Notes under the pieces: model-generated
Databases searched by the model: none
What the model saw: only the letters and a program-made list of their open reading frames with translations
What the model was told of the DNA's origin: nothing
Program-made: the position numbers and the translations under genes
Assembly: GCA_017503015.1 (NCBI GenBank)
Contig: JAFVTX010000031.1
Span: 14,022 to 78,021 of the forward strand
Source: Fibrobacter sp.
Lineage (GTDB): Bacteria; Fibrobacterota; Fibrobacteria; Fibrobacterales; Fibrobacteraceae
Length of the DNA stretch: 64,000 nucleotides
Direction of reading: 5' to 3'
Part shown: positions 1 through 8,527 of the stretch, in pieces
How the letters are laid out: each line of letters starts with the position of its first letter
Numbering within the stretch: the first letter of the stretch is position 1

Positions 1-48
1 TTTTCGCAAAAATGCTATGATTTATCGTGTATAAATAGGAGAGTCTTT

Positions 49-801
49 ATGAACCTGCTCGATATTATTAATAAAGCCAAGGCCGAAAAAGCCAAAACCC
101 TGGACCTATCCCAGCAGGGACTTCGCCTGTTACCCCCCGAACTTTTCGAAATCCAGTCCCTGGAGGAGCTGAACCTGGACCGGAACAAGCTGGTGGAGCT
201 CCCCGACGACATCGGGCTCCTGAAGAACCTGAAAAGCCTTTCCGTCAGTGAAAACGACCTGATGGAGCTTCCGGACACCATCGGGAACCTTACCACCCTG
301 GAACACCTTTACCTGGGCTACAACAGCCTGTCGGAACTCCCCGCCACCGTCGGAAAGCTCACGAACCTCCATACGGTGAATATCGCAAAGAACCAGCTTC
401 TGGAACTCCCCGACGAAATCGGCAACTGGACCAAGGTGGTAAAACTCTCCCTCCACGACAACATGCTCACCACCATCCCCGATTCCATCGGCAAGCTGAA
501 AAGCCTGGTGAAGCTGTACCTGGACAACAACGACCTGACCGAGGTCCCCGCCACCCTCGGGAACCTCGCAAGCCTCGAAATCCTGATGATTTCCGGCAAC
601 CAGCTGAGCGTGATTCCTCAGGAATTCGGCAAGCTTTCCAAGCTCCGGGAACTGGTGCTGGACGCAAACCAGCTGGAGACACTGCCCGAGGCCCTCGCCG
701 ACTGCAAGAGCCTCGAGACCATCTCCATTAACGAGAACCCCATGGAAGACGGCCTGCCCCGAGCGATTCTTGACAAGAAGGGGCTGAAGATAGACCAGTA
801 G
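49..801 (+). CDS. Leucine-rich repeat protein (about ten 23-residue LRRs), no signal peptide
   Basis: Complete ORF. Tandem LxxLxLxxNxLxxLPxxIGxL units, e.g. LEELNLDRNKLVELPDDIGLLKNL and LKSLSVSENDLMELPDTIGNLTTL. Confidence 0.85.
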   Translation: MNLLDIINKAKAEKAKTLDLSQQGLRLLPPELFEIQSLEELNLDRNKLVELPDDIGLLKNLKSLSVSENDLMELPDTIGNLTTLEHLYLGYNSLSELPATVGKLTNLHTVNIAKNQLLELPDEIGNWTKVVKLSLHDNMLTTIPDSIGKLKSLVKLYLDNNDLTEVPATLGNLASLEILMISGNQLSVIPQEFGKLSKLRELVLDANQLETLPEALADCKSLETISINENPMEDGLPRAILDKKGLKIDQ

Positions 802-846
802 CGCGCCAAGGGCGCGGTGGTTAGTGGTTGGGGTGTGAGGTGTGAA

Positions 847-2202
847 ATGACAAGTGAGAAATCAGTAATTCCACATTCCACATTCCACATAGCCATTCTC
901 TCCCTCCTCTTGCTTGCTGCCTGTGGGGACTTTATGGAGCCGGTGGAAAGCACTCCGGAGCCCACCGCCTACGAGTTCAACTACTGGCTGATCAACCAGA
1001 CCTACCTCTACGAAGAAGAACTGAAAAATCTTCCCGAAACGGGGGACAGCATCCCCCTGTTGTACGAATCGCTCAGCGACCGATACACCCGCTACTACCC
1101 GCCCTCCAAAAGCGAGGCCGCCGAAAACCAGATGAACACCTCCATTGTAGAAGGCGATCTGGGCATGGAATACCTGGTCATCTACACCGAAGGGGATGAC
1201 CACCCCTACCCCATCTTGATATCGAGAGTCTATGCCGATAGTCCTGCCGGCAGGGCCAAGATTCCCCGCTACGGACGGATCATTTCGGCAAACGGCATTT
1301 CAATGGAGGGTTACAACTCCAAGATGGTGTATGATTCCATTGTCGCCTACAGTGCCGATGTTTCGCTCACGATTTTCTTTGACGACAGCCTGTTTCAGTT
1401 TGACCTGACCAAGGAAACGGTTTACGCCCCTACCGTGTTTTTGGACACCATCGAGGGAATCACCTTCGTAACCATCACCGAATTCAAGGAATCCACCGCC
1501 GATAGGGAGAATGGCACCTTTGGCGAGCTTAGGGCATACCTGGATTCTACGGCTGGTGTTTCCGAGCCCAGGGTGTTAGACCTGCGGAACAATCCCGGCG
1601 GGCTAATCAGCCAGTGCCTGCCTGCCGCAGACCTCTTTGTAAAAGAAGGCCTCTTGTCTAGGCGGCAATTTGTAAGCCTAACCCCCGACGGAAAAAGGAC
1701 GCACCAGTCCCTGGATGTTTTGGCAAACCCCGGCGACTTCGGCGAAAACGGGAAATTCCTAATGCTTGCCAACAGGGCTTCGGCCTCCTGTGCCGAAATA
1801 TTCATCGCCGCAGCCAAGGAACAGGGAGGCATTCCCCTGGCAGGCGAAACCACCTTCGGCAAGGGCATAGGGCAAAGCCAGTGGAAGACCCTAGAAGGTG
1901 GGCTTGCCGTCATTACCAACCTGGAATTCTACACGCCCAAGGGCAACAGCTATCACAAAAAAGGAATCGCCCCCGATATGGACTGTCCGGAAGGAGCTTC
2001 AAGGACATGCGCCCTAAATGCCGTCAAAACCCTATATGGTAATTCACCCAAGACACAAAGTGCCAAAATGTCTGTGGCAGAGCGTGCCATCAAGGAATCT
2101 TTGCTGGCCTCGACAAAAACAACTATTCCTGCAAAGAGTTTCGACATGGGTGGCGCTTTGGATTCCGTCGTCCATTTTGTAAATTATCCCTATTCACCGT
2201 AG
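847..2202 (+). CDS. S41 family C-terminal processing peptidase, lipoprotein
   Basis: Motifs LDLRNNPGG, SASCAEIF and TFGKGIGQ (S41 Ser/Lys region). Lipobox LLLAAC after the ATG at 847. The ORF track starts at a GTG at 817. Confidence 0.8.
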   Translation: MTSEKSVIPHSTFHIAILSLLLLAACGDFMEPVESTPEPTAYEFNYWLINQTYLYEEELKNLPETGDSIPLLYESLSDRYTRYYPPSKSEAAENQMNTSIVEGDLGMEYLVIYTEGDDHPYPILISRVYADSPAGRAKIPRYGRIISANGISMEGYNSKMVYDSIVAYSADVSLTIFFDDSLFQFDLTKETVYAPTVFLDTIEGITFVTITEFKESTADRENGTFGELRAYLDSTAGVSEPRVLDLRNNPGGLISQCLPAADLFVKEGLLSRRQFVSLTPDGKRTHQSLDVLANPGDFGENGKFLMLANRASASCAEIFIAAAKEQGGIPLAGETTFGKGIGQSQWKTLEGGLAVITNLEFYTPKGNSYHKKGIAPDMDCPEGASRTCALNAVKTLYGNSPKTQSAKMSVAERAIKESLLASTKTTIPAKSFDMGGALDSVVHFVNYPYSP

Positions 2203-2208
2203 GTCGTT

Positions 2209-3615
2209 ATGAATTTCAAGAAAATTTCACTTTATAGTCTTGTTTCTGTTTCACTTGCGCTATGGACTGGTTGCACGGTCAAGCATGCCGACAGCGAAAT
2301 CGCAATGCCCGACGAAGAGGAGGAAATTCCACAGGAACTTACTGTCGCTGAACAGGAACTGGTCGAAAACCACCAATTGCTCCATTTCTTCTTTTTAAAC
2401 GCCAATCAAAAGCTTGGCGACATCAATAGCTATAACGGTCACGGCGAAGATGCGGGATATTCTCCCGACTATTATGAATTTCCAGACGTCTATTATATGT
2501 ATAGCCAAATGGACGACAATTATACCAGGTATTTCGGGCCCTACTATGTAAGCAAATACGATTTGGATATGGCATCGGAGCCCATATACAGTATCGCCGT
2601 TTCCGTACAGCCCGCCGATTCCCAGCTGGTAATCACCCAGGTGTATCCTAACGGTCCGGGCGACAAGGCCGGACTCAAGGCTGGTGACACCGTACTCTAC
2701 GTGGGCTCTACCAAGCCCGGCGACGAAAAGAGTTTCGAAAAGCTCACCTCCGGAAGCGAAGGGGACAGTATTTCCTTTAAAATCTTAAGAGGTAGCGACA
2801 CGCTGGATATCTCGGCGGAACTTTTCTGCTACCTTGAGCCAACCGTGCACATCAGCTATCATGATTCTATCCCCGTCATCAAAATCACTTCCTTTGAAAA
2901 TTTCAGTGGCATAAGTTGCAACGAGGCAAACTCCGCCAGCGAAGACAGCACCAAAGGAACCTCGGACGAAGTCAAAGCGGCTCTTCAAGCCACCAAAGGA
3001 GCCGCCATCATCGACCTGAGAGGTAACCCTGGCGGTGCCCTTGACGCATGCCTTAAAGCTACCGAGCTATTTCTTTCCAAAGGAGACACCATCGGATCTC
3101 TCGAATACACGGAGATTGCACCCGACGAAGTCAACCAGATGATCCTTTCAGACCGCATGGTGGCCACCGAAGACGGCGTTGCCAAAGGGCGGTACTTTGT
3201 ATTTATGGCAGACACCAATAGCGCAAGTTGCTCAGAAACCATGCTCATGGGCGTCACCAATACCACTCAGGCTCCCATTGTAGGCATGCTGACTTACGGA
3301 AAGGGAATCGGGCAATACAACATACCGACTAGTGCCGGCGGACTCAGCATGATTACCGCCATGAAACTTTACGACAAAAACGACATTTCGTACCACGACA
3401 AGGGTATCGTACCGGACTACGATATCCCCGACTCTCTAAAGGCCCTGGACAAGGCGGTAGAAATTGCCAAACTCGGAAAAGAAAAGAGAACCAAGGGGTA
3501 TGGCGCTGAAAATCAGGGTCACTTCGAGAACTCCCTTGCCAAAAAGGCATTTTCATCAAAGGAACCAGCCAGAGGCGGGGCGTATAAGGTGATAAAGAAC
3601 CCGCTGATGAAGTAG
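2209..3615 (+). CDS. S41 family peptidase with PDZ-like segment, lipoprotein (tandem paralog)
   Basis: IIDLRGNPGG, SASCSETM and TYGKGIGQ motifs. PDZ-like VITQVYPNGPGDKAGLKAGDTVLYVG. Lipobox LWTGC. Confidence 0.8.
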   Translation: MNFKKISLYSLVSVSLALWTGCTVKHADSEIAMPDEEEEIPQELTVAEQELVENHQLLHFFFLNANQKLGDINSYNGHGEDAGYSPDYYEFPDVYYMYSQMDDNYTRYFGPYYVSKYDLDMASEPIYSIAVSVQPADSQLVITQVYPNGPGDKAGLKAGDTVLYVGSTKPGDEKSFEKLTSGSEGDSISFKILRGSDTLDISAELFCYLEPTVHISYHDSIPVIKITSFENFSGISCNEANSASEDSTKGTSDEVKAALQATKGAAIIDLRGNPGGALDACLKATELFLSKGDTIGSLEYTEIAPDEVNQMILSDRMVATEDGVAKGRYFVFMADTNSASCSETMLMGVTNTTQAPIVGMLTYGKGIGQYNIPTSAGGLSMITAMKLYDKNDISYHDKGIVPDYDIPDSLKALDKAVEIAKLGKEKRTKGYGAENQGHFENSLAKKAFSSKEPARGGAYKVIKNPLMK

Positions 3616-3833
3616 TGAGTAGTGAGTTATGGGTTATGAGTTGTGAGTTATGAGTTGTGAGTAATGTGGGATGGGAAATGAATTCGTCATCCTCACGCAG
3701 GTGAGGATCCGCTTACTGCAATCTAGCAGATCCTCGCCTTGATTCGACTTCGCTCACCACAGGTCGCGAGGATGACATCCCTCAAAGCGAAGCGACCTCA
3801 AACCCCTAGCCCCTAGATCCTAAGCCCTAAGCC
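3616..3833. repeat. Convergent intergenic region filled with repeats
   Basis: GTGAGTT/ATGAGTT heptamer tract (3616-3680). Hairpin cgtcatcctcacgcaggtgaggatccgc (3685-3712). Long-loop hairpin variant (3726-3776, reverse of 21884-21934). CCCTAAG/CCCCTAG tract (3804-3836). Confidence 0.85.
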
Positions 3834-5159
3834 CTATTTCACCACCCGCATGTGGACCATCACGTCGGTAGTGTCGTTGGCACGAACCGCCGGGGCCGCC
3901 TGCGTGAGTTCTATCTGCTTGCGGATTTCAGCCACCTGCTTCTTGAGTCGGGCAAGACGGGCGCCTTCTAGCTTGGGCGTTGCAATCATAGTCTTGCTCA
4001 GAGGGTTTATCCAGGCGCCATTTGCATCCTTGAATCCAAAGTGCAGGTGAGGCCCAGTGCTGCGGCCCGTGGAGCCTACACGACCGATGGCCTGGCCCGG
4101 AGACACCTTGGCCCCGACAGCGACACCCCTAGATTGCAGATGCATATACCAGCTTACAGAATTGTCCCTGTGCTTAATGGCAATCTTATTTCCGCTCAGA
4201 TCGTCGTACCCAGACACGGTTACGTTACCTTCGGCCACGGCATGGACAACAGTTCCCGTTGGAGCACCATAGTCCACGCCATAGTGAACCTTGCGCTGAC
4301 CCGTAATCGGGTGAATACGGGAACCAAATGAACTGGTGATACGCAGGTGTTCCAGCGGATAGCGGAGTCCATCAAAGACCAGGGCGTCGCCCGCTTCGGT
4401 ATAATGGGCGTTATAGGAACTCTTGGGATCTTCGTCCTCGTAGCGGAAGGCCTCGTGATGGCCAACGTTCCTGCCGTCAAATTCAGCGTAGATAACCTTA
4501 CCACTCACCCAGATGGAATCCTGGTAGTAGGAATCTTCCAGCAATACGCGGAACCTGTCTCCTGGGCGGGCCAATGGGAAGGCCACCTTGCACTGCAGCA
4601 CCCCACTCACTATACCAACCATACGGCCAGGAATACCAACCTTGAAAAGGATACCGTTCAGAGTGCTATTCTCTTCAAGCATGCCCTCGTAAAAAGACTG
4701 CTTCTTGACTACAGGTTTCTCAATAAGTTGATAAACATAACCCGTATCCGTTTTGCTTACCAGATGAACAGTTATGGGGTTGGGCGCATAGCGGAAACGC
4801 TGTACCCTATTAGTCGAATCTACGGAGACATAAAAAATTTCGCCAACGCGGAGCTTGAATTCCACACTGTCTTGCATGGCGGCATAGACGCGGCCCAAGT
4901 CTTCTTCGCCATGGCTTACCTGGGCCTTAAGCCTTGTAAACAGGTGGAAAGGGCCCTCCCCCGCGCGGACCGTGTCGCGAATGACTCGGACATTTTTGAC
5001 AAGGGCTTCGGCCGAGGCAATTTCTGCATTCAGGGAGTCCACTCGGCTGCGGAGAACTTCCCGCTCCGTCTTTAAATTCTGGATAATTTCTTCTTCGTTA
5101 CAGGCGATTAACGGAAGAATAAGGAATATGGAAAGTGCGAAGCGCAAGAAAAAGTTCAT
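3834..5159 (-). CDS. M23 family metallopeptidase (peptidoglycan endopeptidase-like), probable lipoprotein
   Basis: HYGVDYGAPTGT (HxxxD) and GSTGRSTGPHLHF (HxH) motifs. N-terminal coiled-coil region. MNFFLRFALSIFLILPLIAC signal from the ATG at 5159; the ORF track start is 5186. Confidence 0.85.
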   Translation of the reverse strand: MNFFLRFALSIFLILPLIACNEEEIIQNLKTEREVLRSRVDSLNAEIASAEALVKNVRVIRDTVRAGEGPFHLFTRLKAQVSHGEEDLGRVYAAMQDSVEFKLRVGEIFYVSVDSTNRVQRFRYAPNPITVHLVSKTDTGYVYQLIEKPVVKKQSFYEGMLEENSTLNGILFKVGIPGRMVGIVSGVLQCKVAFPLARPGDRFRVLLEDSYYQDSIWVSGKVIYAEFDGRNVGHHEAFRYEDEDPKSSYNAHYTEAGDALVFDGLRYPLEHLRITSSFGSRIHPITGQRKVHYGVDYGAPTGTVVHAVAEGNVTVSGYDDLSGNKIAIKHRDNSVSWYMHLQSRGVAVGAKVSPGQAIGRVGSTGRSTGPHLHFGFKDANGAWINPLSKTMIATPKLEGARLARLKKQVAEIRKQIELTQAAPAVRANDTTDVMVHMRVVK

Positions 5160-5220
5160 GGAGTAAATATAAAAAATCCCCTGCAAAATGCAGGGGAATT
5201 CAAATCGTCAAGAAATACGA

Positions 5221-5640
5221 TTACTGAGCAGCAGCCGGGGCAGCAGGAGCAGCAGCGGGCTGTGCGGCAGGAGCCGGAGCTGCAGCGGGCTTAGCGGCGG
5301 GAGCGGCAGCAGGCTGAGCTGCAAGAGCAGCGGCAGCAGCAGGCTTAGCAGCCGGAGCAGCTGCGGGCTTAGCGGCAGGGGCGGGAGCTGCGGCAGCGGG
5401 CTTGGCTTCAGCCTTAGCAGGAGCGGCCTTCGGGGCAGCTGCGGGAGCAGCGGCAGCGGGCTTAGCTTCGGCCTTAGCAGGAGCAGCTGCGGGCTTAGCG
5501 GCAGGTGCGGGAGCAGCGGCAGCAGGCTTGGCTTCAGCCTTAGCGGCAGCGGGAGCTGCGGCAGGAGCAGCCTTTTCGGCGGGCTTAGCTTCGGCCTTAG
5601 CATCTTCCTTAGCAGGTTCAGCAGCGGCGATGGCGTTAGA
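5221..5640. repeat. Imperfect in-frame tandem repeats encoding the Ala/Pro/Lys tail of the FKBP gene
   Basis: The unit gcgggagc(a/t)gcggcagc(g/a)ggcttggcttcagccttagc recurs several times. GC-rich low complexity creates long spurious ORFs on both strands. Confidence 0.8.
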
Positions 5641-6381
5641 AGGTGCGCCCGGAGCGTGGGTATCAATCAGTTCCATCTCGAAAATCAGCATGCTGTTGCC
5701 GGGAATCTGCGGGCCACGACCGCGGGGGCCGTAAGCGAGGTCGCTAGGAATCCAGGCGGTGACCTTCTCGCCCACCTTCATGAGCTTGAGCATTTCGGTC
5801 CAGCCGGGGATCACGGCGCCGATGGGGAACTCCAAGGGTTCGCCACGATCAACAGAGCTATCGAACTTGGTGCCGTCCAGGAGAGTGCCGGTGTAATGAA
5901 CCTTCACCACGTCGGTATCGGAAGGAGTCACGCCAGTACCTTCGGTAATCACCTTGTACTGGAGTCCACTTTCGGTGGTCACCACGCCTTCGGCAGTCTT
6001 GTTCTGAGCCAGGAAGGCTTCGCCCTTGGCCTTGTTCTCGGCGGCGGCGACGCTATCCTTACGGGCCTTTTCGGCCTGGCGGGACTGGGAAAGTTCGGTC
6101 AATGTCTGGAAAATGGTGGAATCGGCCATCAGGTACTTGGCGCTATCCTGCTTGTAGCGTTCCACAAAAGCCTGGATAAAGAGGTCCAAATCCAAATCGA
6201 TGGAATCGCGGGCCACCAGCTGGAACTGGGCTTGGTTTCCGAAATGGGCACCCAGAGCATAGCTATACTTATCCTTTTCGGTGACCAGAGCGGTCTTGGT
6301 CTTGGGGCCCTGGCACAACTGATCACAACCTGTCAAGAGCAGGGCAAGAGCACCTGCAGCAACAATCACTTTTTTATTCAT
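5221..6381 (-). CDS. FKBP-type peptidyl-prolyl isomerase (FkpA/Mip-like) lipoprotein with long Ala/Pro/Lys-rich C-terminal tail
   Basis: FKBP core VKVHYTGTLLDGTKFDSSVDRGEPLEFPIGAVIPGW...IPSDLAYG. Signal MNKKVIVAAGALALLLTGC. About 140 aa of AKAEAKPAAAAPA-type repeats at the C-terminus. Confidence 0.85.
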   Translation of the reverse strand: MNKKVIVAAGALALLLTGCDQLCQGPKTKTALVTEKDKYSYALGAHFGNQAQFQLVARDSIDLDLDLFIQAFVERYKQDSAKYLMADSTIFQTLTELSQSRQAEKARKDSVAAAENKAKGEAFLAQNKTAEGVVTTESGLQYKVITEGTGVTPSDTDVVKVHYTGTLLDGTKFDSSVDRGEPLEFPIGAVIPGWTEMLKLMKVGEKVTAWIPSDLAYGPRGRGPQIPGNSMLIFEMELIDTHAPGAPSNAIAAAEPAKEDAKAEAKPAEKAAPAAAPAAAKAEAKPAAAAPAPAAKPAAAPAKAEAKPAAAAPAAAPKAAPAKAEAKPAAAAPAPAAKPAAAPAAKPAAAAALAAQPAAAPAAKPAAAPAPAAQPAAAPAAPAAAQ

Positions 6382-6509
6382 AAGTTGTCCTCTTCTTTTG
6401 AATTGACCCCCATAAAATAGCAAATCCTGCGAAAAAAGGGACCTAAAATGCTAAATTTTACTTATAAGTTTTCATATATTGTGTAAAACGAGTTTTTCAA
6501 GGATTCTAT

Positions 6510-8339
6510 ATGTGCGGAATAGTCGCCTATATCGGTCAAAATGAAGCTCTTCCTGTTCTCGTGGGCGGTCTTAAGAAGCTGGAATATCGTGGCTACGACA
6601 GCTCGGGGGTATCCCTTATCGACCACGGGAAAATCAAGACCGTCCGTGCTTCCGGTAAAATCAGCGCCCTGGAATCCAAGCTCAAGGAAACTCCCGTCCA
6701 AGGAAACATCGGTATCGCCCACACCCGCTGGGCCACCCACGGTGCCCCTACCGAACAAAATGCCCACCCCCACATGAGTTTTGACGGGAAAATTTCCATC
6801 GTCCACAACGGCATTATCGAAAACTACGCGAGCCTCAAGGCGAAACTTATTGAAAAAGGCGTCACCTTCAAGTCCGAAACAGATACCGAAGTGGTTGCCC
6901 ACCTGATTGCCAAGAACTACAACGGCAACCTGAAAGAGGCAGTCCTCAAGGCCCTTTCCCTTATCGAGGGCACATTTGGCCTTGCGGTGATATGCAGCGA
7001 CGAACCCGACACCCTGATTGGCGCCCGCCGAGGGAGCCCCCTGATTCTCGGTATCGGGAACGAAGGTGAATTTTTCTTGGCCAGCGACGTGTCCGCCATC
7101 ATCAACCACACCCAGAAGGTGGTGTACCTGGACGACAACGACGTGGTGGAAATCAAGCGGAGCGGATACTCCATCGTGAACATGAACAGCCACGAAGTGA
7201 CCCGCGACATCCAAGACGTGGACTTTGACGCCGAATCCATCGCCAAGGGCGGGTTCGCCCACTTCATGCTGAAAGAAATTTTTGAGCAACCCGAAGTGCT
7301 CAAGAACACCATGCGCGGCCGCCTGCTCATCGCCGAAGGAAACGCCAAACTGGCAGGCCTCGACACCAACATCAAGGAACTGAGAAACATCAACCGCATT
7401 ATCATCACCGCCTGCGGCACCAGCTACTATGCGGGCATGGTCGGCGAATACATGATAGAGGATTTGGCCGGTGTTCCCGTAGAGGTGGAATACGCCTCGG
7501 AGTTCCGCTACCGCAACCCCATCATCAAGCCGGGGACCTTGGTCCTCGCCATTTCCCAATCCGGCGAAACCGCCGACACACTTGCGGCATTGAAAGAAGC
7601 CCAGCAAAAAGGCGCTACCGCCCTTGCCATCTGTAACGGTGTGGGTTCCACCATCGCCCGCACCAGCGACGGCGGCGTGTATCTGCACGCAGGTCCAGAA
7701 ATCGGTGTGGCCAGCACCAAGGCATTCACCAGCCAGGTGACGGTGCTTGCCATGATCGCCCTCTTGCTCGGCCGCCAGCGTAGGCTAAGTTTCGAGACCG
7801 GAGCAGACATCGCCCGAGCTCTCACTGAACTCCCTGCCCTGGTAGAAGAAACCCTCAAGCTTTCTGACAGCATTGCCGAAATCGCCAAACAGTACGTGAA
7901 GGCCAACAACTTCTTGTACCTGGGTCGCCACTTCAACTATCCCGTGGCCATGGAAGGAGCCCTGAAGCTCAAGGAAATCAGTTACATCCACGCCGAGGGC
8001 TACCCCGCCGCCGAAATGAAGCACGGCCCTATCGCCCTCATCGACGAGAACATGCCCGTGGTGGTCATCGCCCCCAAGGACGCCCTGTTCGACAAGGTCA
8101 TCAGCAACGTGCGCGAAATCAAGGCCCGCGGCGGCCGAGTCATCGCCGTCACTACCGAAGACTGCAAGCCCCTGGACGAATTTGCGGACCACCTGATCAA
8201 GGTACCAAAAACCATCCCCATGCTCATGCCTATCGTCACTTGCGTGCCGCTGCAGCTTTTGGCCTACCACATCGCCGTGCTCCGCGGAAACGACGTGGAC
8301 CAGCCGAGGAACCTGGCTAAGAGTGTGACGGTGGAATAG
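6510..8339 (+). CDS. glmS: Glutamine--fructose-6-phosphate aminotransferase (isomerizing)
   Basis: 609 aa starting MCGIVAYIG (N-terminal Cys nucleophile), two SIS domains, C-terminal ...DQPRNLAKSVTVE. Confidence 0.97.
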   Translation: MCGIVAYIGQNEALPVLVGGLKKLEYRGYDSSGVSLIDHGKIKTVRASGKISALESKLKETPVQGNIGIAHTRWATHGAPTEQNAHPHMSFDGKISIVHNGIIENYASLKAKLIEKGVTFKSETDTEVVAHLIAKNYNGNLKEAVLKALSLIEGTFGLAVICSDEPDTLIGARRGSPLILGIGNEGEFFLASDVSAIINHTQKVVYLDDNDVVEIKRSGYSIVNMNSHEVTRDIQDVDFDAESIAKGGFAHFMLKEIFEQPEVLKNTMRGRLLIAEGNAKLAGLDTNIKELRNINRIIITACGTSYYAGMVGEYMIEDLAGVPVEVEYASEFRYRNPIIKPGTLVLAISQSGETADTLAALKEAQQKGATALAICNGVGSTIARTSDGGVYLHAGPEIGVASTKAFTSQVTVLAMIALLLGRQRRLSFETGADIARALTELPALVEETLKLSDSIAEIAKQYVKANNFLYLGRHFNYPVAMEGALKLKEISYIHAEGYPAAEMKHGPIALIDENMPVVVIAPKDALFDKVISNVREIKARGGRVIAVTTEDCKPLDEFADHLIKVPKTIPMLMPIVTCVPLQLLAYHIAVLRGNDVDQPRNLAKSVTVE

Positions 8340-8362
8340 GCCTTCGGCCAGTGATTAAGCTA

Positions 8363-8482
8363 GTCATCCTCGCGCAGGCGAGGATCCGCTAGAGAACTTG
8401 CAAGCGGATCCTCACATTCGTGAGGATGACGAAAAAAAATGATTTATTTTTCATATCTCACTACTCACAACTCATAACCGAC
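8363..8482. repeat. Two oppositely oriented GTCAT...ATGAC hairpin repeats plus a heptamer tract downstream of glmS
   Basis: gtcatcctcgcgcaggcgaggatccgc (8363-8389). gcggatcctcacattcgtgaggatgac (8404-8430). ctcactactcacaactcataac (8457-8480) is the reverse of the 3616-3650 tract. Confidence 0.85.
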
Positions 8483-8527
8483 AACTGAAAACTCGTAGCC
8501 GAATTTCTTTTTCTACATTATCTCACA

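Noticed and set aside
3804-3836. Telomere-like CCCTAAG repeats
   Set aside because: There are only about four imperfect units, embedded in a bacterial convergent intergenic region next to other simple repeats. Nothing indicates a chromosome end.
5188-6420. 410-aa ORF on the plus strand (Ser/Gly/Arg/Leu-rich)
   Set aside because: It is antisense to the well-supported FKBP gene. Low-complexity translation of GC-rich repeat DNA, with no recognisable motifs.
6462-7688. 408-aa ORF on the minus strand
   Set aside because: It lies entirely antisense within glmS. Its Gly/Val/Asp-rich composition is typical of a shadow ORF.
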